From: an uncultured Methanosarcinaceae archaeon
GTDB taxonomy: Archaea; Halobacteriota; Methanosarcinia; Methanosarcinales; Methanosarcinaceae
DNA length: 64,000 nt
Direction: 5' to 3'
Assembly: GCA_963833425.1 (NCBI GenBank)
Contig: CAWHXP010000008.1
Location: forward strand, 244,578-308,577
The notes beneath the pieces were generated by a model. That model was not told the origin of the DNA. It saw nothing but the letters and a program-made list of their open reading frames with translations, and made no database searches. The stretch's first letter is position 1, and each line of letters opens with the position of its first letter. Below, one piece after another: positions 12,174 through 23,204 of the stretch. The translations under genes were made by a program, and so were the position numbers.

Positions 12174-12752
12174 ATGAAAGAGCAGGTCAAAGACAAAAAA
12201 ACAGCCATTATGGATGCAGCCCTGAAGCTCTTCACTGAAAGAGGCTTTCACGGTACTTCCACTGCTGAGATTTCAAAAGAAGCGGGTGTAGCCACAGACA
12301 CCCTTTTCAATTACTTTCCCACAAAGGAAGACCTTATAAATAGCATATATTTCAACGTAAAAGGGCAATTAAGTCAAAGTATGGGGAAACAAGTTGAAAC
12401 ACAGAGTACTTTTCAGGATAAGTTTAGAAAAATATGGTCAAATTTAATCAAATGGGGAGTAGATAATCAGGAAGAGTTTCTTTTTGTTGGGCAGTTCTGC
12501 TCTTCTCCTTATATAACAAAATTTACGCGTGAAGAAGTGATGAAAGAGTATGTCTTTCTGCATGATCTTGTGAATGAAGGAATAAATACGGGAGTGATCA
12601 GAGACTTTTCCTCGGAGTTGACAATTGCAATGTTTTATCATGCTAGCAGGTCGGTAGTGAATCTGATCCTTGATTCAGATTCATCACAAGATCAAAATAA
12701 GTTTATTGACGATGGATTTCAGATTATCTGGAAAGGTTTAGCTAAGGAATAA
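12174..12752 (+). CDS. TetR/AcrR family transcriptional regulator
   Basis: N-terminal HTH: AIMDAALKLFTERGFHGTSTAEISKEAGVATDTLFNYFPTKEDL. Confidence 0.95.
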   Translation: MKEQVKDKKTAIMDAALKLFTERGFHGTSTAEISKEAGVATDTLFNYFPTKEDLINSIYFNVKGQLSQSMGKQVETQSTFQDKFRKIWSNLIKWGVDNQEEFLFVGQFCSSPYITKFTREEVMKEYVFLHDLVNEGINTGVIRDFSSELTIAMFYHASRSVVNLILDSDSSQDQNKFIDDGFQIIWKGLAKE

Positions 12753-12769
12753 TTTTTTCATCCCACTTG

Positions 12770-12787
12770 TGAGTGAGCAGTCACTCA
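12770..12787. promoter_or_regulatory. Putative TetR operator TGAGTGA-N4-TCACTCA upstream of the aldo/keto reductase
   Basis: Perfect 7-4-7 inverted repeat in the intergenic region. Confidence 0.65.
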
Positions 12788-12887
12788 TATATGAAAATTA
12801 ATGGACTGACTTCCCTCAAAATATCCAATTAATCAGAAAATCACCCCAGATACATAAAATAGTTTGAAGAAACCAGGTGAATGAAAA

Positions 12888-14090
12888 ATGTTGTACAGAA
12901 AAATGCCTAAGAATGAAGACGAACTTTCTGTATTGGGATTTGGGTGCATGCGCTTTACAGGTAAAGAAGATGGGAGTATAGATGAAAAAATAGCCACTGA
13001 GCATGTACGCTACGCAATCGATCACGGAGTCAACTACGTTGACACTGCCTGGCCGTATCATACGGGACAAAGTGAGCCTTTTTTAGGGCGAGCTCTTGCT
13101 GACGGATACCGCGAGAAAGTTAAACTCGCAACAAAACTTCCCAGCTGGATGTTGGAAAGGCGAGAGGATATGGACTATTTCTTGAATTCTCAACTGGAGA
13201 AACTCAAAACAGACCACATCGACTATTACCTCATCCATGCTCTCGTTGGTGAACTGTGGGATAACGTTGAAAAGCTGGGTGTAATTGATTTCCTTGATAA
13301 AGCCAAAAGTGATGGACGAATCGTCAACGCAGGCTTTTCTTTCCATGGATCTGCTGAAGATTTCAAACGGATAGTGGACGCCTATGACTGGGACTTTTGT
13401 CAGATCCAGTACAATTTCCTGGACGAAAAGAACCAGGCAGGTACCGAGGGTTTGGAATATGCAGCTTCAAAAGGCCTTGGAGTAGTCATTATGGAGCCCC
13501 TCCGTGGAGGGAACCTAACAAGCCCGCTGCCTGTTGATGTGAAAGAAATCTGGGACGAGGCTCCGACGAAGAGAACCTCTGCAGAATGGGCTCTTCTCTG
13601 GGTATGGAACCATCCTGAGGTCACAGTTATCCTCTCGGGGATGAATAAGGAAACACATATTGAAGAGAATCTTACAGTGGCAGACAAAGCATACCCAAAT
13701 TCTCTGACTGAAGCTGAACTGCAGCTAGTAAAAAAAGTAGAGATGAAGTACCGTGAACTGATGAAAGTAAGCTGTACAGGCTGCAGGTACTGTATGCCCT
13801 GTCCAGAAGGTGTGAATATTCCATTATGTTTCGAAACGTACAACAACCTGTACATGTCCGACAATGCTGACGAGACAAAGTTCCTCTATGCTGCAAGGTT
13901 GGGGGGTGGCATCCTATCCGTCCGAGGGCCCGAATTTGCATCCCAGTGCGTACAATGTGGAAAGTGCATTGAAAAATGTCCCCAGCACCTTGATATCCCA
14001 AAGATTCTCGAATCCGCTGTAGAAGAACTTGAAAGACCTGATCTGGAGGAGAGGGTCGCCATAGCAAAACAGGTATTCAAACGGACTTAA
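12888..14090 (+). CDS. Aldo/keto reductase family protein with a C-terminal 4Fe-4S dicluster
   Basis: LGFGCMR, VDTAWPY and ATKLP motifs; CTGCRYCMPCP and CVQCGKCIEKCP. Confidence 0.93.
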   Translation: MLYRKMPKNEDELSVLGFGCMRFTGKEDGSIDEKIATEHVRYAIDHGVNYVDTAWPYHTGQSEPFLGRALADGYREKVKLATKLPSWMLERREDMDYFLNSQLEKLKTDHIDYYLIHALVGELWDNVEKLGVIDFLDKAKSDGRIVNAGFSFHGSAEDFKRIVDAYDWDFCQIQYNFLDEKNQAGTEGLEYAASKGLGVVIMEPLRGGNLTSPLPVDVKEIWDEAPTKRTSAEWALLWVWNHPEVTVILSGMNKETHIEENLTVADKAYPNSLTEAELQLVKKVEMKYRELMKVSCTGCRYCMPCPEGVNIPLCFETYNNLYMSDNADETKFLYAARLGGGILSVRGPEFASQCVQCGKCIEKCPQHLDIPKILESAVEELERPDLEERVAIAKQVFKRT

Positions 14091-14844
14091 AAGCTAGAAA
14101 TTCGAAGTGTAGAAAACACAAAATGGAGATATCGTTTAATATAACTTTATTGAAAGATTAAACAATATCTTCATTTTCCGCTGTTTATCTTTATGTTTCG
14201 TTAATTATACGTATTCAGCTTTAGAATTTTTACCTCAAATTGCAAAGCAACAACAAAATAATTCTGAAAATCAAGCTTGTATGGGTATAGCTCGCGATTC
14301 TAAAGGGCCTCCAAACTAATAAATTGTTATCTAGTAACTAGGATTTAAACTGTTTATTGCTAAAGTATCAAATTCTTCTGGCGAAGGGTGGCACATGGAT
14401 ATTACTGATAGACCAACGGCAAAAAACGCCTCAAATGTCTTTGTGGCCTTGTAATTGGTTTATATGCACAATTAACTGATTATTCATTTTTTGTATGATA
14501 GCATTGATTTAGCTTGAAAAATTTGATAAACAAGACATAGTATCAAAATTTAATACGTGGCATAATTATAAAAAATGACTCGATTTTGAAATTGGATACA
14601 ATCCTTTGAAACATCCGCATTATTTAAGTCTTAGAACGTGATTTAAAATTAGATCATCCTTAGTAAACAGATTGTTCCTTAATGCCTGAACAAAACAAAG
14701 AAATTTCTCATCAAGTAATTTATCTGAAAATAATAGAGAATCACTGGGCCTTATATCCAAAATTTAAGAGCTAAAGATGCAGAAATAACGTTCATTACTA
14801 TCTATAAATATTAAATTTAATATTATATTTACTACTTTTTGACT

Positions 14845-15085
14845 GTCATGATGGATGTTACCCCACGAATTCCCACCGTGGAATATTATTTATTACTATT
14901 TCCATCTTTGATTGTTTAAAAAAATCTGAAACGCATAAATGCTATACTTCGGATTGAATTGAGAATTTCATTTGGCAGAGAACCAGAATCAAGTGTAGCT
15001 ATCTTAGATCATCAATTGGTTAAATCCACATAAACACCTGGAGTGAGTGGCTATAAACCTAGCAAGCAAGTTAAAGTGAGTAAAT
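14845..15085 (+). mobile_element. IS5 family (IS1031-like) transposase remnant
   Basis: Translates with stops and shifts as WMLPHEFPPWNIIYYYF ... GREPESSVAILDHQLVKST*TPGVSGYKPSKQVK, matching the W-MLP-DFPPW / PS--IIDSQSVK / GYD-GKKVK pattern. Confidence 0.7.
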
Positions 15086-15644
15086 AATAGTGTGGGATTT
15101 CACTGCAAATAGAATTAAGTAAATATAAGATACAGCTACATTTGACAGCTTGATAAATCATCAAACTGTTGATATTGTAAAAGGTGGAGAAATCTAACCG
15201 AAAATGGTATATCTTGTAAAAGGAGCACGAAATGAAGCAAATCTAAAATACAATGGAATTTTGGGTCTCACCATGCAGCTTATAAAACATCAGATTTGGC
15301 TGTTTTTCTCCATTTAATCCAGGAATGATAAATTTGATAAATAATCTTCGATGCAGTGGTGTGTGTGTGTGTATAAGGTATCCAGAGTGCGACATTAGCG
15401 TCGACGCACTTTTTATTTATGTGGTCAATTTGCTAGGTTTTGCCATTATAAAAACACTGTTTTTGATTTGTTCACTAAATATCAGTGACTCCCGTATTTA
15501 ATTTTTCTTTAAGCTAATAAGCAGTCTTCCATATTATACGAATACAGAAGATTAGGCACATTTTGCCTTAAAATGTAGGTTTAAGTACTAAAAAGTGCTA
15601 AATGTGAAAATAGTAAACAAGTGTTAAATGGAACTTTTAAGTTA

Positions 15645-15680
15645 CAAAGAATCTTGAATCTTCAAAGAATCTTGAATCTT
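15645..15680. repeat. 18-bp tandem duplication CAAAGAATCTTGAATCTT x2
   Basis: Exact direct repeat. Confidence 0.9.
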
Positions 15681-15984
15681 AAAGCAAAAGAAAATATGAA
15701 TTCAACAGGTCAAAATATGAATTTAAAAGGTTTAAAGCATCGCAAATCAGCTAATCCTTTGATTTCTCGTTTAATTAAATTTTTCCCCTCCTCATGCTGT
15801 TGTTGTTGATTGAACTTATTTCTTTTCCTCTTTTTCTTCTCACTAGAATAGAATAATCACCAACAAATAGTTTAAAGGTAAAAATATTTTTCCCATAGCG
15901 TACATGTCCAGAAATCCTATAATCTGATTATTTATCATACTGTATGATCATGATATTGATATATATTATAAAAGAGCGATTAAG

Positions 15985-17451
15985 ATGGCGAAAATCAAAT
16001 ATAAAAGTACAGTTCCTGTAAGAGAAGACCGATTGAACACCACAATCACATACTGTGGAACTGCAAGTGAGCTTGTGAATTTAACAAAGAGAAAATGTTT
16101 GAAGGTAAAAAATCGTGCATTCTCTCAGACAACTTTCTGTCAAGAGTGGCTGGCGATATTTACACTGGCAACGATAAAAGATGCAGTTATAATTACTCAT
16201 GCGCCTGTAGGATGCATCAGCTCACTGCCATTTATTAATATATTCAAGCGTTTCGGGCAAATTCTAAGGGGAGAAACACCTTTAAATGGAAAATGGATTT
16301 CTACCAACCTTACTGATACAGAGGCTATTCATGGAGGAGAAGACAAACTTAAAGAAGCAATTTTAGAGGCAGATAAAAGACACAGTCCAAATACAATATT
16401 CGTATTTTCATCATGTGTTGCTGGAATCATAGGTGAGAACATTAATGCAATAATGAAACAGGTTCAAAAAGGAGTATCTGCAACAGTGATCCCCGTATAC
16501 TGTGATGGATTCAAATCAAAAGTATGGGCATCTGGATACGATGGATCATTTCAGGGCGCTTTGAATCATCTAATTAAAAAACCTAAAAAGAGAATGGCTG
16601 ATTTAATCAATGTAATTAACCCACTTACAGTAGGAAGGCTTGATGAAGTTGAAATAGAAAGGCTTCTGGATAAATTAGGACTTAAAGCAAATTTCATCCC
16701 AAACTTTACTACTACAGAGAAGATTGGAAAATCATCTGAAGCAGCCCTTACTACAAGTATGTGTCCAACTTTCAGTGAATACTTTGCAAAATCATTAGAA
16801 GAACGTTATCATGTACCTTATACTCAAAAAATAATGCCTGTAGGTCTTGATAATACTGATTTGTGGCTTAGAGAAATTGGAAAATTCCTTGGAAAAGAGG
16901 ATGAAGTGGAAACAGTCATAAAAGCGGAGAGAGAAAGAGTTGAACCAAAAATAGAAAAACTTAGAGAAAAACTTGAGGGAAAAAGGGTATTCGTAAGTGC
17001 AGGACAATCAAGGGCAATAGGAATTCCAAATCTTCTTGCAGATTTGGGAATGGATATAGTGGGCATTACCGCATATCACTATGATGAAGTAATTTTTGAA
17101 AGCTTTGCGAATTTAGCGAAGAGATGTGGAAACTTCTGTACCAACGTTGCAAATGTACAGCCATTTGAGCAGACAAATATATTAAATAAAGAACAGCCTG
17201 ATTTTTATTTTGGTCATGTAGGAGAATCAATTTGGGCTGCAAAACAAGGATTTCCTACAGCCATGATTTACAATTTATCAGTTATCTATGCCGGCTATAA
17301 TGGCATTATATCATTTGGAAATAGAATTCTTAACTTGCTTAACAATCCCTCATTCAGTAAAAAGCTTGCTGAACATTCAAAGCCAATATATCGTGAAAGT
17401 TGGTTAAACGAAAATCCATTCAAGTACCATAAAGGGGAGGAATTAAAATGA
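15985..17451 (+). CDS. Nitrogenase component 1-like alpha subunit (group IV, NflD/MarD-like)
   Basis: FSQTTFCQE, HAPVGC, STNLT..EAIHGGEDKL, SSCVAGIIGE, SMCPTF, YHYD and FGH motifs; lacks the canonical NifD GGLRPRH/HSWDY. Confidence 0.9.
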   Translation: MAKIKYKSTVPVREDRLNTTITYCGTASELVNLTKRKCLKVKNRAFSQTTFCQEWLAIFTLATIKDAVIITHAPVGCISSLPFINIFKRFGQILRGETPLNGKWISTNLTDTEAIHGGEDKLKEAILEADKRHSPNTIFVFSSCVAGIIGENINAIMKQVQKGVSATVIPVYCDGFKSKVWASGYDGSFQGALNHLIKKPKKRMADLINVINPLTVGRLDEVEIERLLDKLGLKANFIPNFTTTEKIGKSSEAALTTSMCPTFSEYFAKSLEERYHVPYTQKIMPVGLDNTDLWLREIGKFLGKEDEVETVIKAERERVEPKIEKLREKLEGKRVFVSAGQSRAIGIPNLLADLGMDIVGITAYHYDEVIFESFANLAKRCGNFCTNVANVQPFEQTNILNKEQPDFYFGHVGESIWAAKQGFPTAMIYNLSVIYAGYNGIISFGNRILNLLNNPSFSKKLAEHSKPIYRESWLNENPFKYHKGEELK

Positions 17452-18331
17452 GCAAAATTATCGAAAGTCCTCGATTTTCATGTGCCCTCGGAGGTGCTTT
17501 GAGCACTATAACCGCAATAGAAAGCTATGTCCCGATTATTCATGCTGGACCTGGCTGTGGTGTTCAGATTTTCTATGGACAGAGCTTTGCTGGAGGTTTT
17601 AGGGGATCTGGATGGATTGGAGGAGTGAGCGTTCCAAGCACAAACACATATGAAAAAGAAGTTGTGTTTGGAGGAGAAAAACGGCTAAAAGAGCAAGTTG
17701 AAAAAACAATTGAGTTTATTGAAGGAGATAGGTATGTGGTACTTACTGGTTGTACAGCAGAACTTATTGGGGATGATGTGCGTTCAGTATTAAATGAATT
17801 TAAAGATAAGTTAGTCATCTATGCTCAAACTGCAGGTTTCAGGGGTTCAAGCTATATAGGTTATGAAATTCTGCTGGAAGCATTCATAAATCAGATAGTT
17901 GAAGAAAAGCCCAGAAAAAAAGGACTTGTAAATGTATTTGGAATAGTACCGTCTCAAGATGTATTTTGGGAAGGTAACCTTACTGAGATAGAGCGGATAC
18001 TAAATAGTATTGGTTTAGAAGTTAACACACTCTTTAATGGAAAGAAAATCGAAGACTTATCATCTGCTGTTTTAAATATTGTACTATCACCCTGGGTGGG
18101 TGTTAGAGCAGCTGAAAAGTTGAAAGAACAATTTAAAATACCTTATATTGTTAATCCGCTTCCAATAGGAGTTACTGAGACAAATTCATTCCTGGAAAAG
18201 GTTGGTACTGCATTGGGGATAGATGTTAGTGATGCAACTGCGAAGGAAGAGGAGAAAACCTACAAATCCATTGATAAAGTCGCAGATTTTGTTGTGGATC
18301 TTGATGTGCAACTTCGATTTGCAACCATCAC
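17448..18331 (+). pseudogene. Nitrogenase component 1-like beta subunit (NflK/MarK-like), 3'-truncated
   Basis: PRFSCALGG, HAGPGC, EKEVVFGGE and LTGCTAELIGDD; overlaps the alpha stop codon (ATGA). Homology ends after about 295 aa, where the antisense of the ABC binding-protein gene begins. Confidence 0.88.
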
Positions 18332-19082
18332 GTCGATCCATTGCTGGATTTCACTGTCATTGATTGCGCCAGAGTAGCTGTAATAATGGGAATTCGCCGT
18401 AGGAAGCCCAACGTTTTTTGCTGTCAATTCACCTGATTCTTTTGGATGATCATTTGACCATCTTCAGCATCTTTATATGCTTTAGTAAATGCCCGTACGT
18501 CATTAGGATGGTTCTTGATAAATCATTCTCGAGGTCCGAGCAGATACCAAGTGCACAAATCGCAATCTTTGGCTTATGCCCATTAGCCACAAGTTCCTGG
18601 AAAGTATGGTATGAGCTCGAATTGAGTACAAGCCAGTGCATGTGATATTTCATGATGTTTCCTTCGAATGGTTCAGAACCACCTTGAACTACCGCTTTCA
18701 CTTTTGCACCACTCTATAAGAGATTAGTAATAGTGTTTGGATGTCCATCAACAACATTAGTTTGCCCTGAAATGAGAGCTGTTGGTTGCAATGACCAGTC
18801 AAGGTGCCCCTGATCCTGAGAATCGATACCGCTAGCAACGAAGAAACCTTTCTGCATACCAACGTACCAAGGAGTCCCTGCGCAATCTTTGTTGACATTT
18901 GCCTTTATAGTAATATTAGGAGCTTGGGAAAGGTTCTGAAGATCTGTTTTCACTGCCGTGCCGATAGCATCCGTCTTGTTCTGGATACAACCTGTCACAA
19001 AAACTAATAACACAATGCTTATAACTACTATTCCCATTGCTAATATGTGTTTGTTGCTTGGTTTTTTGAGAATATCATTCAT
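18317..19082 (-). pseudogene. ABC transporter substrate-binding lipoprotein (SsuA/TauA/NMT1-like), frameshifted, internally deleted and 3'-truncated
   Basis: Lipobox-like FVTGC; TPWYVGMQKGFF; KIAICALGICSDLE; FIKNHPNDVRAFTKAY; WSNDHPKES...IQQWIDVMVAN, spread over shifting frames. Confidence 0.8.
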
Positions 19083-19129
19083 GATATACACCAAAACTTT
19101 TCAAAATAGAAATTAAGATCAGATTAAAA

Positions 19130-19951
19130 TCAGATCACGATAGTTTCTTTCCATTTCATCGAACGCTTTTCTAGCTTCAACATAACACGGTTTATAACAA
19201 TACCAAGCAGGGCGACTGTAACTATACCTGCATACATCTTTGGAATCTGGAATGTGGCCTGTGCCTGAATGATCATGAATCCAAGCCCAGAGTGTGCACC
19301 GATCATCTCTGCGCCAATGAGCATGAAGAATGAGAATGCAGCTCCCATACGTATGCCTGTGAATACAGTCGGTAACGAAGCCGGGAGCAGTACCTTCCAA
19401 AACATTTTCAGTTTACTCAGCCCTGCTGTTCTTGCTACTTTTATCAATATAGGATCAACGTTTTTGATGCCAGTAATAGTGTTGAAAAGTATCGGCCACT
19501 GACATACCCAGTATATAATGGCAATCTTGGAGATTTCACCAATTCCTAGAAGTGCCATAAAGACCGGAAACAGAGTGAATGGGTTTGCCTGACCAAGAAT
19601 TTGCAGTAGCGGATTAACAGATGTTTCAAATCCCTTGAACCAGCCTCCAAGTAGGAATCCTAGCGGTAATGCTGCCAGGAGTGCCAATCCAAAGCCTATG
19701 GTCACCCTTATAAGACTGGATATGGTCTGGTGAATTAGCTCTCCGGATAGTATCAGATTCACTATTGAGGCAAAAATTACTGAAGGAGGAGATATGAACA
19801 AGATGTTAACTAATCCAAATCTTGGAGCTGCTTCCCATATTAGCAGGAATAGGATAATAGCTATCGATTGACGAAAATATGATTTTAAAAAATTAATAAT
19901 ATCGAAACCTGAAGATTTGTATGTAGACACTGAGTTGGAATTCCCTCCCAT
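19130..19951 (-). CDS. ABC transporter permease, NitT/TauT/SsuC type
   Basis: LIWEAAPRFG..PPS, SLIRVTIG, EAA-like loop ARTAG, LIGAEMIGAHSGLG. Confidence 0.92.
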   Translation of the reverse strand: MGGNSNSVSTYKSSGFDIINFLKSYFRQSIAIILFLLIWEAAPRFGLVNILFISPPSVIFASIVNLILSGELIHQTISSLIRVTIGFGLALLAALPLGFLLGGWFKGFETSVNPLLQILGQANPFTLFPVFMALLGIGEISKIAIIYWVCQWPILFNTITGIKNVDPILIKVARTAGLSKLKMFWKVLLPASLPTVFTGIRMGAAFSFFMLIGAEMIGAHSGLGFMIIQAQATFQIPKMYAGIVTVALLGIVINRVMLKLEKRSMKWKETIVI

Positions 19952-20000
19952 TTAATCACTTCGACTGACTCTCAAAAGATATCGACAAGCCAGCCGTTTT

Positions 20001-20864
20001 TTAAACACTTCTCACATCTCCGAAACTGCATTCTTCGATCGAGCACTTTGAGTGGATCTCTTGCGTCTTGAAAACTTCTTCTTTTAAAAGTTCCCATAAC
20101 TTGTGCCTGATCTCGACGAACTCAGCAGTTATCTTCAAATCGTTCGATAACCGGCTACTTCTGGAGATTGGAATATCAATAACATTCTTGATGATCCCAG
20201 GCCTGCCAGTCATGACCGCAACCCTATCAGCTAAAAATACTGCTTCGTCTATGCTGTGAGTTATAAATATTACAGTCTTTCGCGTCTGATCCCTTATCTT
20301 CAAAAGATCCCTTTGCATTATTTCTCTGGTTTGGGCATCAAGAGCAGCGAACGGTTCGTCCATTAAAAGTACTTCGGGGTTTATAGCAAGCGCTCTCGCA
20401 ATCGCTACCCTTTGCTTCATGCCTCCGCTTAATTCATAAGGGTACCTATCCTCAAAATCTGACAATCCGACAAGTGAAAGGTATTTTCTTGCGATTTTTT
20501 TCCTGACACCTTTTTCGACATTTTTTGCCTCAAGCAAAAATGAAACATTATCCAGTGCAGTCCTCCACGGGAAAAGGGCAGATTGTTGAAAAACAATGGC
20601 TCTGTCAAGTCCAGGACCTTTAATAGGTTTACCATTGATTAATATTTCCCCATTATCTGGTTCCGTGAGTCCACCAATAAGGTCAAATAATGTGGATTTT
20701 CCACATCCGCTGGGTCCGATAATAACTAAAAATTCCCCAACTTTAATGTTGAGGTTTACACCATCAAGCGCATAAAACTTAGATTCTGAAGCTTTTCCTT
20801 TATTAGAGGTCTCAGAATTTCGTATTTTGAATGATTTTATAACATTTATTGCTTCAATAGTCAT
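20001..20864 (-). CDS. ABC transporter ATP-binding protein, NitT/TauT/SsuB type
   Basis: GPSGCGKST, LFPWRT, LSGGMKQR, LLMDEPFAALD, ITHSIDEA. Confidence 0.95.
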   Translation of the reverse strand: MTIEAINVIKSFKIRNSETSNKGKASESKFYALDGVNLNIKVGEFLVIIGPSGCGKSTLFDLIGGLTEPDNGEILINGKPIKGPGLDRAIVFQQSALFPWRTALDNVSFLLEAKNVEKGVRKKIARKYLSLVGLSDFEDRYPYELSGGMKQRVAIARALAINPEVLLMDEPFAALDAQTREIMQRDLLKIRDQTRKTVIFITHSIDEAVFLADRVAVMTGRPGIIKNVIDIPISRSSRLSNDLKITAEFVEIRHKLWELLKEEVFKTQEIHSKCSIEECSFGDVRSV

Positions 20865-20896
20865 GATATCAACACCCGCGTGCATCTAAAATAATA

Positions 20897-20921
20897 CGAT
20901 GCCGGCAGTATATAAGCATCG
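20897..20921 (-). promoter_or_regulatory. Archaeal TATA box (TTATATA) flanked by the inverted repeat CGATGC-N13-GCATCG upstream of the ABC operon
   Basis: TATA about 45 nt upstream of the ATG at 20864, nested inside a 6-bp inverted repeat. Confidence 0.5.
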
Positions 20922-23204
20922 ATTTATCAGCAACATTGGTCTCAAATATTTGTTTTTTGGGAGGATTGAGGCAAATTCAATACCATCAATTTGTACATTT
21001 TATTCGCCAAATCCTGTGCAGATTGCATAAAAATAACTCATGAATAAGAATTATCGTATAGCATTACGTGGTTGATACCTTCATAATCGAGTTTTCGATG
21101 CATATATGCTTACGTTTTGATCATCGAATTAAAGTATCTATACTGATCTCACTGAAATGCTGAACTTCACACTGGGAACTGAAATACACAATATTCATTT
21201 TTAATATTAAAATTCACATTTTACAACAAAAAGTACCTAATGAATCTTTTATGCTAATTAATAATACGATTCCAAAGTACTTTCACAAAGTTTCATTTTC
21301 AGTGAGACTTGATGATTTTGACTAAAATAATCTATCCGACCTCGTATTCTGTTGTTTGAATAGCGAACGAGCTATTAAGTTATTCGCGTCTACATAGTGT
21401 CTGCGAAGAATGCGTTATTTAAGAATTCGTGATGAGAAAGACAACTGTAACAATGCCTAAAAGATTCAGTTATCAATACCCACTGTAACTGTTGTTCAAT
21501 TTAAAATAAGGAAATGTTATTTTGATATCTTTGAACCTAGTGAATTTTTCATATCTGTTTATCTTATGCACTATTTTAGCCTGAGCCGCTTATGAATACT
21601 TCTGGGATTCTGGAGTAAAATCTATGCTTTTGTTGTATCGGTTCCCTTCTTCATTGCTTTGCTGATCATATGAAAGTTAATCGGATTATTGGGATTATGA
21701 ACTGCGACTTTTGTGTATTGGTACTTGGTGCTGCTTCGTAGACCGTCACCAGCTGTACGAAGCAGTTTACCCACTGCTTTATTGGCTATTATCACCTGTG
21801 AACCAACTTCTTGAATCCTATACTCGTAACTGGCACTACAAATGAACAATGCCAGAGTTGAGATATATCATCTATGTACCTCATTCCCTGAGTATTACAA
21901 TATCAACATGCTCAAGTTAAATAGCTATCAGAGACCACTTTGGCACGGTCTGTGATCATCTCAAACATACTGGTTATCATTAACTATTCTGAAAAATTAA
22001 TATAAAGTAAAAACCATTTAAGATTCTGTAAACTCTTCGTCACTTAATTTTATATAAATCAGCATATCATTAGTAAGTGCCTTTTCTAAAAGGGCACTAC
22101 CATATCTAGATGACAACAATTTTACAAAACTCCTTAACATCCATTATTTATACTTCTTCGAAATCCACTACTTATCGTGCAAGAGTCAATCTTACATATA
22201 AAACAAAAAACAAAAAAATTGTATTATACCTTAATTATAGTAGAACTTCCATTAAGAACTTTAGTTATCACTCCTAAATAAGTGGAGGATTTTAAAAGAA
22301 ATTAAATTTTCATAGGTACAAATTTCTTATCTTGCAGGAAAAAAGCGGTAAAAAGGATTTTTGAAATTCAAGATTTCAGAAAAAGCAAAAATTAAGACTT
22401 TTCCAGGTTTATTGTACTATATCTTTTCCCGGACCATTTTTTTTATACCACGTTAATTTATCTTGCTGTTTGTTTCTATTTCATCGGTTCTCCAAAACAA
22501 ATTATGTTGCTAGTACAAACACAAGCTTCTGTAGAGGAGCTTTTATCTCCGTACTCATTTGCGACCCTAATTTCGAACCCGAATTTTTCACAAGACAAAA
22601 CCTAAAATTCTTTTAGTTAACTAAAGTTCACTTCATATCACCTAAACATGCCTAATATAAAAATTATGAAATTTAGATTCAGACCTCTCCTAAAGAAATG
22701 ATTTTGAAGATTATTCAGCATCTGAAATCAAATGGAGAAAAAAAGGAAAGGAATTCGATAAGTTCCTAAATTTTGTCATATACTCATAAGTGGTATATAT
22801 GTGACTCTAAAAAATCAAAGGTTTATCGAAATTACCTGAAAAACCACAGAAACTCTGGAAAAGAGCTAATCACGAACTGGGTTAATAGAAACAGAATAAT
22901 AAGGGTACAAAATCACTGGGTAACACTCCAGATGCTCTTTTAATACACATATAATCATAGCCGGTTTGCCATGCATAAATAATCTTCATATTTCTGGTTT
23001 ATCTGAACGCTTTTTAGAATAAACCATATCTGCTGTCAAGTACTAATATATGCATCCATGATTTCCTCAAAATATTTTCAAAAACTTCCAGTCTTTAGGG
23101 GTATCTTTCTTCATTTTACCTCTTGGGGCCGTAAAAAAGGATGTACTTTCTGAATTTCCACCGCTTTTTTTTACAGGAACGGAAGCAGAAATCGTACTTA
23201 TTTT

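Noticed and set aside
15357..15373. (GT)n microsatellite as a phase-variation switch
   Set aside because: Short, intergenic and about 600 bp from the nearest start codon.
15985..18377. Canonical nifDK/nifEN or cfbD
   Set aside because: NifD pocket motifs are absent, there is no nifH/nifI context, and a two-subunit arrangement does not fit CfbD.
21622..21849. 75-aa minus-strand ORF
   Set aside because: No RBS or motif recognised; at most an unidentifiable gene scrap.
22920..23130. SecE/Sec61-gamma-like remnant (KKRSDKPEYEDY) on the minus strand
   Set aside because: The resemblance covers only a few residues and has no coherent frame.
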